DNA of 64,000 bases. It comes from Nitrospirales bacterium. Its GTDB lineage: Bacteria; Nitrospirota; Nitrospiria; Nitrospirales; UBA8639. Shown here piece after piece: positions 27,765-38,767 of the stretch. The stretch's first letter is position 1. Each line of letters opens with the position of its first letter. A program made the position numbers and the translations under genes. The DNA lies in assembly GCA_965203295.1 (NCBI GenBank), contig CBDBCZ010000014.1:768001-832000 (forward strand), read 5' to 3'. Below the pieces are notes generated by a model. It was given only the letters and a program-made list of their open reading frames with translations, made no database searches and was not told the DNA's origin.

Positions 27765-29215
27765 GCTCAAAGTCTTTGCCAGAGACCAACAAAATTAACA
27801 ATTTTCAATAAAATCCTTCTTTCCTAATCTTCAGACTAACATCAACCAAACTAAACAGGCCTTTGAATAACCAACTCCTTTCTTGAACATCGATACTTCC
27901 TAAGCATGTATTGTATCTGACTAACATCATTCAAACTAAACAAGCATTTGAACAACCAGTTCTTTTTCTAAACAGTTGGGAAAAGTCAGATCAATGGTAG
28001 CTAGTTACTATGGCTTAAAGTCTTTGCTAGAGACCAACAAAACTAACAATTTTCAATGAAATCCTTCTTTCCTAATCTTCAGACTAACATCAACCAAACT
28101 AAACAAGCATTTGAATAACCAGTTCCTTTCTTGAACATGGATACTTCCTAAGCATGTATTGTATCCGACTAACATCATTCAAACTAAACAAGCTATTAAA
28201 TCTTAAACCAATTTCTTTCCTAGACAGTTGGGAAGGGTCAGATCAATGGAAGCTAGTTGTTTTGACTGAAAGTTTCCTGAGACCAATAAAGCTAAAATTG
28301 TACCAATTATTAGTGAAAACCCTTACTTTCTAAGCATGTACGTATTGTATCTGACAAACATCATTTAAACTAAACAAATGATTGAATCTTAAACCAGTTC
28401 CTTTCCAAGACAGTTGGGAGAGGTCAGATCAATGGTAGCTAGTTGCTTTGACTTAAAGTCTTTGCCAGAGACCAACAAAACTAACAATTTTTAATAAAAT
28501 CCCTCTTTTCTAATCTTCAGACTAACATCAACCAAACTAAACAAGCCTTTGAATAAGCAGTTCCTTTCTTGAACATCGATACTTCCTAAGCATGTATTGT
28601 ATTTGACTAACATCATTCACACTAAACAAGCCTTTGAATAACCAGTTCTTATCCTAAACAGTTGGGAAAGGTCAGATCAATGGTAGCTAGTTACTTTGGC
28701 CGAAAGTCTTTGCCTGAGACCAAAAAAAAACGAATTCTTCCTAAGCATGTATTGTATATGACTAACATCAGCCAAACTAAACAAGCTATTGAATCCTAAA
28801 CCAGTCCTTTTACTAGACAGTCTAAAATCTTTGTTTGAAATCCAAAAAACTCAAATTCTACCAATTTGCAGTGAAATTTTTTTCATCTATTGCATCTGAC
28901 TAACATCAATCAAGCTACTGAAACTTAAACCAGTTCAGATCAATGATAGCTAGGCTAAAAGTCTTTGCCTGAAACCAAGAATCCTGAAATTGTACTAATC
29001 ATTAGGGAAAATCGATGCCAGTATTGTAACTAACTACCATCATGTCATTGAATCGTAAACCAGTTCCTTTCCTAGACAGTTAAGAAGGGTCAGATGAATG
29101 GTACGTAGCTAGTTACTGTAGCAGAAAGTCTTTGCCTGAGAAAAAAAAGCTGAAATTGTGCTAATTTTCAGTGACAACCCTTACTTCCTAAGCATGTATT
29201 ATATCTGACTAACAC
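27765..29215 (+). repeat. complex tandem satellite with higher-order structure
   Basis: AAAGTCTTTGC..GAGACCAA recurs near 27769, 28017, 28269, 28456, 28703, 28959 and 29125; sub-unit GACTAACATCA..AAACTAAACA occurs in pairs 85 bp apart. Confidence 0.9.
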
Positions 29216-29951
29216 CTGTGGTAAGCATATGTTGAACGGACTGTGAAATAGATTCATTCGAGGCTATTGGTGTTGAGTCAAAGGAATATTATTTCAAGGA
29301 CACTGTGGTCCGTACATATATAACCTAGCTACAAAGCTTTTGTTCGTACAAAGCTACGTAGGGAAGTTCCACTGTTTTAACACTGAGGTTCATAATTAGT
29401 TTGTTCTGGAAGTGGTTTGATAAGACTCCATTCCACAGGCATTAAATATATGGATAATCATAACATCGTCCAATTTCTTAATGTGCCAACAACCCACCAG
29501 CCAAATATGTATGTACCTCCATATGTTGTATAAGAAAAAAACAATCGATCTCTACTTGAGCCCTTTTACAGTGTTGGCAGACTCCCACACTTTCATATAG
29601 TCTAGCTTGTGCGGCAACTTGGTGAATGATAACAAGTTTGAGAATAGTGATTATTAGCTACACACTTACGTATCTGAGCAGCATTCCAAGAAAATAATTA
29701 AGCTACTCACTCACATGAAACAAAAAAGACCAATACAAGATGAACGGACTGAAAGACAGTCATTACTACATTGCTCTGCTCTTCTCCCTCCCCACCCACC
29801 CAGAGTATATGTATAATGAATTTTTCTGCAACCACTTCAGTTTTCTATAAGTCCGTTGTAATTCATATGAAAGGTTACAGCTAGCTTCTAGGTCTTTGAA
29901 GTCCTTACGGCAAGGTTGAGGTCCGCCGATGGAAACAAGGATATAGCTTTA

Positions 29952-32161
29952 CCATCTGTCGGAGCAATTTCTTGCCAAACGCTGGATTTCAATTGCCAAG
30001 AAAGATTTTGGCCAACGTCTTGCCAAAGGAATCCATTGACCATGAGTCTGCCAATGAAAAGTCATTTTATTCCGAAGAAACAAACTAGGTTTTTATTGCC
30101 AAAGAAAGACCTACAATGTACAGTATTTTGGCAGTAGATTTACACTACAGTTTGCCAATGAAACTGTTTCAATTGTCTCTTTCATTGCCAAAGAAACAGC
30201 TCTCAATTGGCCAGTGTCTTAACAAACAGAATGAGTATGCCAATGTTTGCTGCCCATTTTAGAAAGATCTGTTTCTTGGCAGCGATTTTCACTGGCCCCT
30301 TTTAAAAACACCTTTCAGATTGGGCCTTTATTATGGGCTATACAAATCAACGTGGTATCAAAATCTTTACTCAGTACTAGCCCATAGAAGGTGGGGAAAG
30401 GAGGGAAATAGATTGTGGCAAGCTCCACACTAAAGCAAATCAGTTACATGTAGATACTTATTTGAACTAACCATTTACTTCTCTGGCAATGGTCAAGAGA
30501 TTGTTATATTAATGGTTTTGCGGGTAGTGCCACATACGTAAAAGTAGCAGATCTTCAATTAATTAATATTGTTCTTGCACTATGAACATACAAGCATCCA
30601 TGTCAAATGCCGAAGCCACAAGTGAATGCACACACCTACATAGCTATAGGATGCACTCTTAATAGCCTGTCTGTTTGTGTATCTGTACTTTTCTTGTGCA
30701 TTAAGTACATCATTGCATAGCGACTACAATAGAAGCTACTGAAAGTTTGTAGGCCAATTAGCTACATCAGCTTAGTTTCCTAGATAGTGAAGAAGATTTG
30801 GAAGCCCACCATGAGTTAGCAGTTTCACTAAATTTAGTTGAGACAGCCTAACAAAACACTTCCGTTTACGGCTACATACATTTGCAAGTTGACTGTCCAT
30901 AGGAGAAGGCAAATACGTTTGAAAGTTGGTTGTCCACAGGAGGAGGTAAATAGGCAGTGGCTCTCAAATATTTAACTAGGTTAGGCTGTCGGAATCAAAG
31001 GCTAACAGTTACTGTGTACACATACACTGGGAACAGTTCACCTGCCATAGGAAAGTGATGGGCAGGAGGTAGTTCGTGATCCACCGAGGGATTAGGGGTT
31101 TGGGCCTGCATGAGGAAAAAAGCATGGAAGATTTACATCTGATTCACAGAGTGCCTCTATCACTGTACCTACACACGCAGTGTGTGTGGTATGTGTGTGT
31201 GTGTGTGTGTGTGCATGCTTTGTACATTCCTCCACACCACTGCCAATTGGTGTGCTGATATGACAAGCAATCACAGATTTGTATAGTAAATCTAGATATC
31301 TGCAGCTGGTTGGTATTTTCTTTCTACTTTTCTAGTAGTCGCACTCCCAGACAGACCTAAAATCTTGTTTTAGGAAGGGCGAGGGTACATACATGAGCAT
31401 GTATGTATGTATAATATGCAAACTTAACAAGTACGTGCACACCTACATTGTTAAGTATATGTGTAAAGTAGGCATCTAATCTGAAATGATACTTACAAAG
31501 GCTTCAAAGCTGTTTCTCAGTAGGGTTCCTGAACTAAACATGGGCTTAACTCCCTTCAAGAATAGTATGGGGAAGGCAAGAGTAACAATTCCCCACCCTC
31601 AAGAGAGTTATAAGAAGGTGTAACTTCCATATAGGCCTGTGGTGTAGATAAGCATGCGGCGAGCTCAGTCAGGCTCACCCTGATGTTGTGTTAGCCTCGA
31701 ATCCTGGGTTTGAGGCTGCATGATGTCGTATGGCAGTCATCTGAATATGTATTACATGTAGCTATGTATTTGCTAAAAGAGAGTCTTTTCATTGTCTTAC
31801 AATCTTCCAATTATGTGGTTAAGCCTAACAAGAATGATGTCTACTTACGTATGTGTAGGATTTCAATAGTTTCCTGGTCTCCCAACATTAGAGGGTTTGG
31901 TGGAGCAATTTTTTCTGGCAGCACTATGCCCTACATATGTGTGATGCTAAATTACCCACCCTGAGTATCTGAGTGACAGAACTTTGCGGACTTAGTAGTA
32001 TAGTTTATAGGTAGCTGTGTTAAACATTGATATGTCCTTAGTTTGTGTATGGTTTCAGGGATATTGGTGTGGTTTTGTTAGAGAGTTGAAATAAGATTTG
32101 AAGAGATATAGCACGTTTTGAAGTAAGTTTTTGTTGAAGTCAAGTGAACGAACAAGCACTA
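29952..32161 (+). repeat. segmental duplication B, copy 2
   Basis: Matches 17908-20120 and ends exactly at the TA into which the transposon inserted. Confidence 0.97.
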
Positions 32162-32364
32162 CCGTAGATCGGGAAATTTTCAGCGGTAGAAATTTTCATC
32201 TGTTAAATTTTCGCGTAATTAATTTTCGTCGATCCAGTAACCGACGAAAATTAAACGCGACGAAATTTTAAACGGTACGAAATTTTTTTACGCGAGTTGC
32301 GCGTAGCGTATACGGAACGGAATCCATATACGTACGTACACGGATCACACACGTGCGAAAAGAA

Positions 32365-32721
32365 ATGGAGAGCTTTCAAAAGGAGTCGTGTGTCAGGGGG
32401 TACCATATCTACCGAGAACTTTGGGAAGCGGCCATTGGAGAAGACCTAGCGTGTCAGCGGGAGCGTGGAAATGCAACCGACGCCTATGCTGTATCTGTAA
32501 TAAAGGACGGCACCATTGTAGGGCACATACCTCGACGGATATCGTGTGCCTGTACGCGGTTCATGAGAAGAGGAGGCACGATTGGCTGTCAAGTAACTGG
32601 TAGAAGAAAATACTCAACTGATTTGCCACAAGGAGGACTGGAGATCCCTTGCCTACTGACCTTTGAAGGAAAGGCTAAAGAGATTAAGAAACTCGTTAAA
32701 TTATTATGTAATAAAAGTTAG
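32365..32721 (+). CDS. stand-alone HIRAN-domain protein, 118 aa, intact and intronless
   Basis: ESCVRGYHIY..W...IGEDL.CQRERGNATDAYAVSV..DGTIVGHIPRRIS..GGLEIPC; the E..N..D..AV.V....VG.IP pattern is the HIRAN core. Confidence 0.85.
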   Translation: MESFQKESCVRGYHIYRELWEAAIGEDLACQRERGNATDAYAVSVIKDGTIVGHIPRRISCACTRFMRRGGTIGCQVTGRRKYSTDLPQGGLEIPCLLTFEGKAKEIKKLVKLLCNKS

Positions 32722-32842
32722 CAATGTGGTATTTCTTGTGTAATACATAATTATATCTGCTGGTAAATGATATATGCACCTGTGAAAGTGTGATAATGAC
32801 TGTATAATAAAAATGATTATAAACATGAGCATGTGTTTAAAG

Positions 32843-34343
32843 TCAGGAATCTTCATCAGAGGAGTCTCCGTCAGACACATCACTGAAGATCTCTTCACTG
32901 TCGGGCGCGTCAACAGACTCGATCTCATCTCCGTCAATGGCTGCTGTGATGCCCGAATGTAGGAAACCGTTCACTATGAACTGAGGGTTGTTGCTTAGGT
33001 ACTCAGCCATTCCTACAAGCCACTTCGCTCCTATTTCCTTCATGATCGGCATTCCCATATTGATGGGCTGTAGCTCTGCATCTCCCAGGTCTTGAAGGTC
33101 CTTCCCCTCTAGCTGCTTCATCACCTCCTCTGAGTACCACGCCTCAAACTGCCTCCGCAGATACTCCTTTGCGGGCTTGTTGACAGAGATGTCCATTGGC
33201 TGAAGGAGGTCAGTGGTGTTCGGTGGGAGCAAGGCGACAAGGATGTTGTTTTCTTCAAGAAGGCTGGTGACGGAGGCAGTTATCTGTCCTTTGAAGTTGT
33301 CCATGACCACCAGAGCTGCTTTGTCATCGCCCATATCCTCTCTCACCTTCTCAACGTAGGGCACAATGATGTGCTCTATGTATTGCAGCATCGTTTCCTC
33401 TGTTGACCAATGATTTGGTGAATGGGTGATGTGCTAACCAGCCGGAAACGGAAAGCGAGGGTGGCAGCGAGCTGTTTTACCCTTGTAAATCAGCTGTATG
33501 GGCAAAAAATCACCTAGTGCACTGCCACAGAAGATGGCAGTTATCATCAACGCCAACCATCTCAACCCGCTTTTCTCCCCGCTTCTCCATCGTTCAAGAC
33601 GAGCATGGGACAAGCCTGATACCCGTCTGGTCCCAGTTCAGTACGAGCTCGGGAGGAATCTCTTCCATCGTGACAGCCGTAGTCACATCGGCAAGGAATG
33701 CTTTCTTCACCTCCCTGAAATTTTCCACCGTGTACTTGCTCTTTGCGGTTGTGGCTTTTCGTTGCACGAAGTTCATGCGCTTCAGCAGAGAATGTGCCCA
33801 GTATCTATTCAATTGTACGGGGCCCCCAAACTCCACCAGCATGGACCGATTGCACTTCAGTAGGATGCCCCTAGCTGCCGCCATTACGATCCTCGCCGAA
33901 ACAGCTCCCCCTCCCTCTCTGACTTTCTTCAGGTACACCTGAACCTTGTGGTCCAGATCGTCGCCTAGCAAAAGCTTCCTGCCACGTTTCTTGGCTGGAA
34001 AAGCTGTTACCTCTTCTCCATCGTCCGTTCGTGGTCTCTTCCGTAATTCTTCGATGTACCCCTTTTTAATCGATTTTACGGTACTCTCCCTCACCGGCTT
34101 CTTCAGCTTCCTCGTAAAATGTCGGGCTGCTGCAGCTGCTCCATGTTGGCAGGCATACTTGCCAATTTCGGCACGAACGGCGGCGCTGTATTTCATGTAA
34201 GGACCACGCTTAGAGCCTTCAGCCAATACTCGCTCCACTTGTTTGTTCGCTTCCGCGATCGCTTGAGAAGGTATGGAGCGAGACAGCGACCCTCTAGGAT
34301 CAGGAACACAACCGATTGGCTTCAAATACCGCAGCAAAGCCAT
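32843..34343 (-). pseudogene. pogo/Tigger-type DDE_1 transposase pseudogene
   Basis: N-terminal HTH region (YSAAVRAEIGKYA..AAAARHF), CENPB-like HTH, triad NWDQTG / VMDNF / QPMD with 35 residues between the last two Asp. Lesions: TGA at 33594-33596 and TAG near 33436, both at expected Trp positions, and a frameshift near 33545. Confidence 0.93.
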
Positions 34344-34683
34344 GCTTTCACCACCTGTGGCTACTTTCTCTTCGCGTGAAAGTGTGAAAATTATTCGACG
34401 ATCTTATTATTCGACCGCCAGAAACCACAAGTAAGTCTCTTAATAGCCATACACAACCTTATTCAAATGTAGCCTTGTTCCCAGGCCCCTGCTTTAATTG
34501 GTTGCACGATATTGTAAAGCAAATAAAGTGAGGGCCTGTGAACGAAGATAATTCCGCTACTAGTATAAATATAAGGTGGGGTTAACGTTTACATGTCAGA
34601 AAGCTTATCTTCTCACAGAAGTTTGCAATGCAAACACACACACTCAGTGTACATTCAACCTAACATCCAAACACTTAGCTTAC

Positions 34684-35430
34684 TTCTCTATCCACAGTTC
34701 CAGGTCAGTCTGAAGGAGAGGACCATGGTACTGGGAGTGACAGCGAGCTCCAGTTGCTGGACTACACAGACACTGAAACAGAAAGTGAAGATTAAATATA
34801 TTCTGTAAGTTGCATAGTGTACAGTAGGAGGTGAGATAAATAATCTAGCCTTGAAGCTTTGTTACAGGTACCCCTCCCTCATCTTTACACAGGTACAACA
34901 TTCTCCAGTTCAAGCAACTATGCACAAAGCCAGAACGTAGCTTTTTATATACAAGTTATTCTGCTGTAAAAAAAATCTTAATTAATTCAGGGTTACCTGT
35001 GCTGGAAACAGGCCGGTCACATTTCATTCCGCCTACTCCAACAGAAACTTCTCTTCCACAGTTGCATGCAGTAAGGACTGACAACACTCCAGAGCATCGG
35101 ATTCAAACTGGCGCGACTGAACTGTACGCTGTATAAACGGCAACTCTCCAACCTCTCGAAAATGGTGTACTTGTGCTACGCTAAAAACGGCGAGCGCTCT
35201 TGAGCTGTCTCGTCGCGATTTTTTCTCCGATCGCCGAAATTTCATTCTTTGCTCCTACTATAACGGTCACTGATACTTTCCCCAACTAAATAGCTACCCG
35301 ATTCACTGAAAATCCTGTCAAACAGACTACAGAGACAGCTGCTTTGGCAACCGCGTGGGCGCTAAGTACATCCGGTGGGCGTGGCCGTTGCAAAAGGATT
35401 ACGTAATTTGGTACGCTGGCGTGACGACTG
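34684..35430 (-). promoter_or_regulatory. GC-box promoter with two probable 5' UTR exons (~35330-34997 and 34772-34684)
   Basis: CpG-rich with GGGCGTGGC; CAG|GTAACC donor, TTTCTGTTTCAG acceptor and GTAAGC donor; no ORF across the splice. Confidence 0.4.
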
Positions 35431-35633
35431 TTTAGTGAGCGTTTTTTTTTTAAAAAACGAAACTTTTTTTAAAAAAAAGAGAAAACGTTTCACCCAAAGG
35501 GCCAGGGTGTGGAAGCTCAAGCGGCTAACGAACAAGAACTGACCCCGATGGATCCACTCCGCAGCGTGTACAGGTTTATACTGGAATTAAGGGAGGTAGG
35601 GGGCGGTCCCTAAGCCATAATGCCCCAAACCTT

Positions 35634-35868
35634 CAGTGCGCGAGCCGAGATTCGAACTCGCGATCACTGTCTCCAGATACTGCGCCACTGCTCCCAGCAC
35701 CACGGGGGGTGTTGGTGACAGTAGATGAACATTTCTCTCTTTTATATCAGTACTATTCCTATAGACATTCGGAAGAGAAAAAAAGAAAAATTAAAGTTCC
35801 CGGGCGGATTCGAACCCGCGACCTTTTCATTGAAAGGCGAAACGATTGCCGCTAAGCCACGCCTGCTT
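35634..35868 (-). ncRNA. two tandem tRNA-derived sequences (not functional tRNAs)
   Basis: A box TGGCTTAGCGG and B box GGTTCGAATCC at ~35868-35797; GAGTTCGAATCTC unit at ~35705-35634; the acceptor stem of the ~35868-35797 unit does not pair. Confidence 0.6.
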
Positions 35869-36262
35869 CTGGAAATTTGATTGAAAATTTTCCCGTTAAA
35901 TAAGGGGTATGGCAATAGACGCAAACAGGTCGAAGTTTCATATCATTGCTAGGTCTTTAAGTATTAGTTAGACCAAGCAACAAGGTTACTACAATGTTTT
36001 GAGCACCCGAGGGACTAATTGGCTGAAGCACAACCTACTTATTGACCGAGGCGGAGCTGTCGCTGACGCGAATGTTGAGAAATTGCTAGCTGACGCTGAA
36101 AGCTCGTTTTGCACTACTGCTGTAAGCCAAGTTGGCATAGTAACATACTAACATCCACATCTGCTAGTACCTATGGTTCGCCAAAGTCTGAGAAAGCTGT
36201 GAATTAGGGTGCCGTTTGTGTCAAAATCAATTTTTTGAGATACTTTGACTAGAGAATATATG

Positions 36263-36412
36263 GCATTTACTAAATACCCATGGTTACTTAGTAAATACCC
36301 ACAGTTACTTAGTAAATACCCAGGGTTATTACCTGGCATTTGCTAAATACCCATGGTCATTTACTAAATACGTAATTGCTAAATACCATGATCATTTACC
36401 ATGATCATTTAC
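36263..36412 (+). repeat. degenerate ~21-bp minisatellite (TAAATACCC core)
   Basis: About six TAAATAC units. Confidence 0.7.
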
Positions 36413-37031
36413 CCTGTAGGGCTGGGAACGAGACTAATCAGATGAGCAACACTGGAAATGCTCTCCCGAGATCGACTGTGTGACGGATTCTGACGGGTAC
36501 ATGTACTCATCATAGCGATGGCCTTGTGGACAACTAATTCGCTGCCTATAGCCTATACCCATACCCCAGACGTAAAAGTCGTGGAACGAGAGCACGATGA
36601 TCTGGAATCAGGATTCAGATTCAGAATAGACTATTATCTATGCTCTGAGTTTCTAAAACCTTGTAGTGACAAGCTCGCATCCGGTCTCTAACCTATACTT
36701 AATTGTGAAACAGGTTTGCATGTAGTGTGTTGTGCCAAAGTTGCACTACAGTACAGCTTTGTCTCGAAGGTCATTTACTGACTGTCAGTGCTCACATTGT
36801 GGTATTTTAGTCAAACTATCTACATATGTGTATTACAATAAGTAACATATTTGCCTGGACTGTGCACTTACATATATTAGCAACGTATGTAGAGCGCTTT
36901 TATGCAGTGGATCCCTTTTTATTGGTATTGCCACAAATCATATACAAGTGAACCTACCAGTCTCTACTCCCCACCTAGCTTTTTTGCACAGAAACAGCTG
37001 AGTGGGGAGTAGAGACTGGGTACAAAGTTAA

Positions 37032-37391
37032 AGTGGTGTCCCACCCAATTGGACGTTTAATCTCAAAAAATGGTAGGGACTATGAAGGTAAAAATGCAAC
37101 CCAGTAATTTTCTCAATGAGTTCTCTTCAATGAACACCTTTTTGAAACATACAGGGTAAATTTAACTTTCCAACTTTTTTCCTTGACCCCCCTCAGGAAG
37201 TACTAAATGTCATTGCATAGCACTCGTGGTTTTAGAGACTTTGGTGAAACTTTAAGGTGCATAGGGGGTAGACAAGCCGAGATATTGATGTCCCAAATTC
37301 ATAAACAATAATGAAAAATTGACATTGATATCTTGGCTTGTGTACAGAAATAAATGTTCAAAATAATATTATCTTTGGGTGGAACATCACC
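37032..37391. mobile_element. Kolobok-like MITE, TTAA target duplication
   Basis: TTAA|AGTGGTGTCCCACCCAA ... TTGGGTGGAACATCACC|TTAA; 17-bp TIR with 3 mismatches and purine-purine termini. Confidence 0.7.
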
Positions 37392-37506
37392 TTAAGTGAA
37401 CCCCACACCAGTCTTATTTATTAATGTGGCAGCTAGTGGCAGTGTGTCCAACTGTGTGCATTTTGTGGTGTAAAGGGTGACTACATACAGTGTGTGTGTG
37501 TGTGTT

Positions 37507-37976
<470 letters not shown>

Positions 37977-38767
37977 GTGTGTGTGCTTGTGTGTGTGTGT
38001 GTGTGACATGCATGGAAGGAACAGCATTAAGTTGTATCCAAATACAAACAGGATAAGTGAAAACTGGATGAGTGACTAGTAACCATGAAATACTGGATAC
38101 GGCAAAATAGTATTAGTTATATGTATACATGTCAGTTGTATGGGTTAGCCAAGACCTACGGATAATATTGCCATTATACGTATTGTTCAAGACTTTCCCA
38201 GTGTCTTGGATTAGTAAACATAAGTGCCTATATACGTAAGTACTGCATAATTATGGAAATGGATGACATTGCCTGTGGAGGCGCTCACTTTTTTGGCAGT
38301 TAATTCATTATTAGTCCAAGACATGAGCTTGTGAAGCTTGAAAGTGGAAATCATGTGGATTCATTGGAAACAATTTGGTAATCACCAGTAGAATCCCAGA
38401 AGAATTACTGGTCATTCTACATGTACTTGTCATTTATCCACAGACATATAAGTGAGATACAAGGAACACTGAATTAGCTGCACAAAATATCACTCAACTG
38501 TGTACATAGAAATCAAGGCCCAAACTCATAAAGTATGCATGGCACCTGAAGTACTGTACGTAAGGGTAGGCGTATATCATAGTCAGGGTGAACACACGGC
38601 AAATTGGCTGGCCCATACAAGTATGAGTTTCCATGATATAGATTCATTTCAGAATGATTCTTATATACAAAAATTGAAAGTAATACACAAAGTGGAAACA
38701 ACATCAAAGTAGTTAAGCAATGCATATAAAATATTGTGTAAATGACAAAGTGGCCGACTAAGGTAAT

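Larger units (their letters stand above)
32162..34415. mobile_element. pogo-superfamily DD35D (Passer-like) DNA transposon carrying a HIRAN gene; right TIR lost
   Basis: TA|CCGTAGATCGGGAAATTTTC left end with AAATTTTC/CGACGAAA sub-terminal repeats; two convergent ORFs; CpG-rich relative to the flanks; empty site at 20119-20120. Confidence 0.92.

Noticed and set aside
27765..29215. CRISPR-like or LRR-coding array
   Set aside because: The intervening sequences are themselves repeated, the periods are not multiples of three, and there is no ORF.
33498..34379. Plus-strand ORFs overlapping the transposase
   Set aside because: Antisense shadows of the GC-rich transposase coding sequence.
35797..35868. 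Functional tRNA-Glu
   Set aside because: The acceptor and D stems do not pair.
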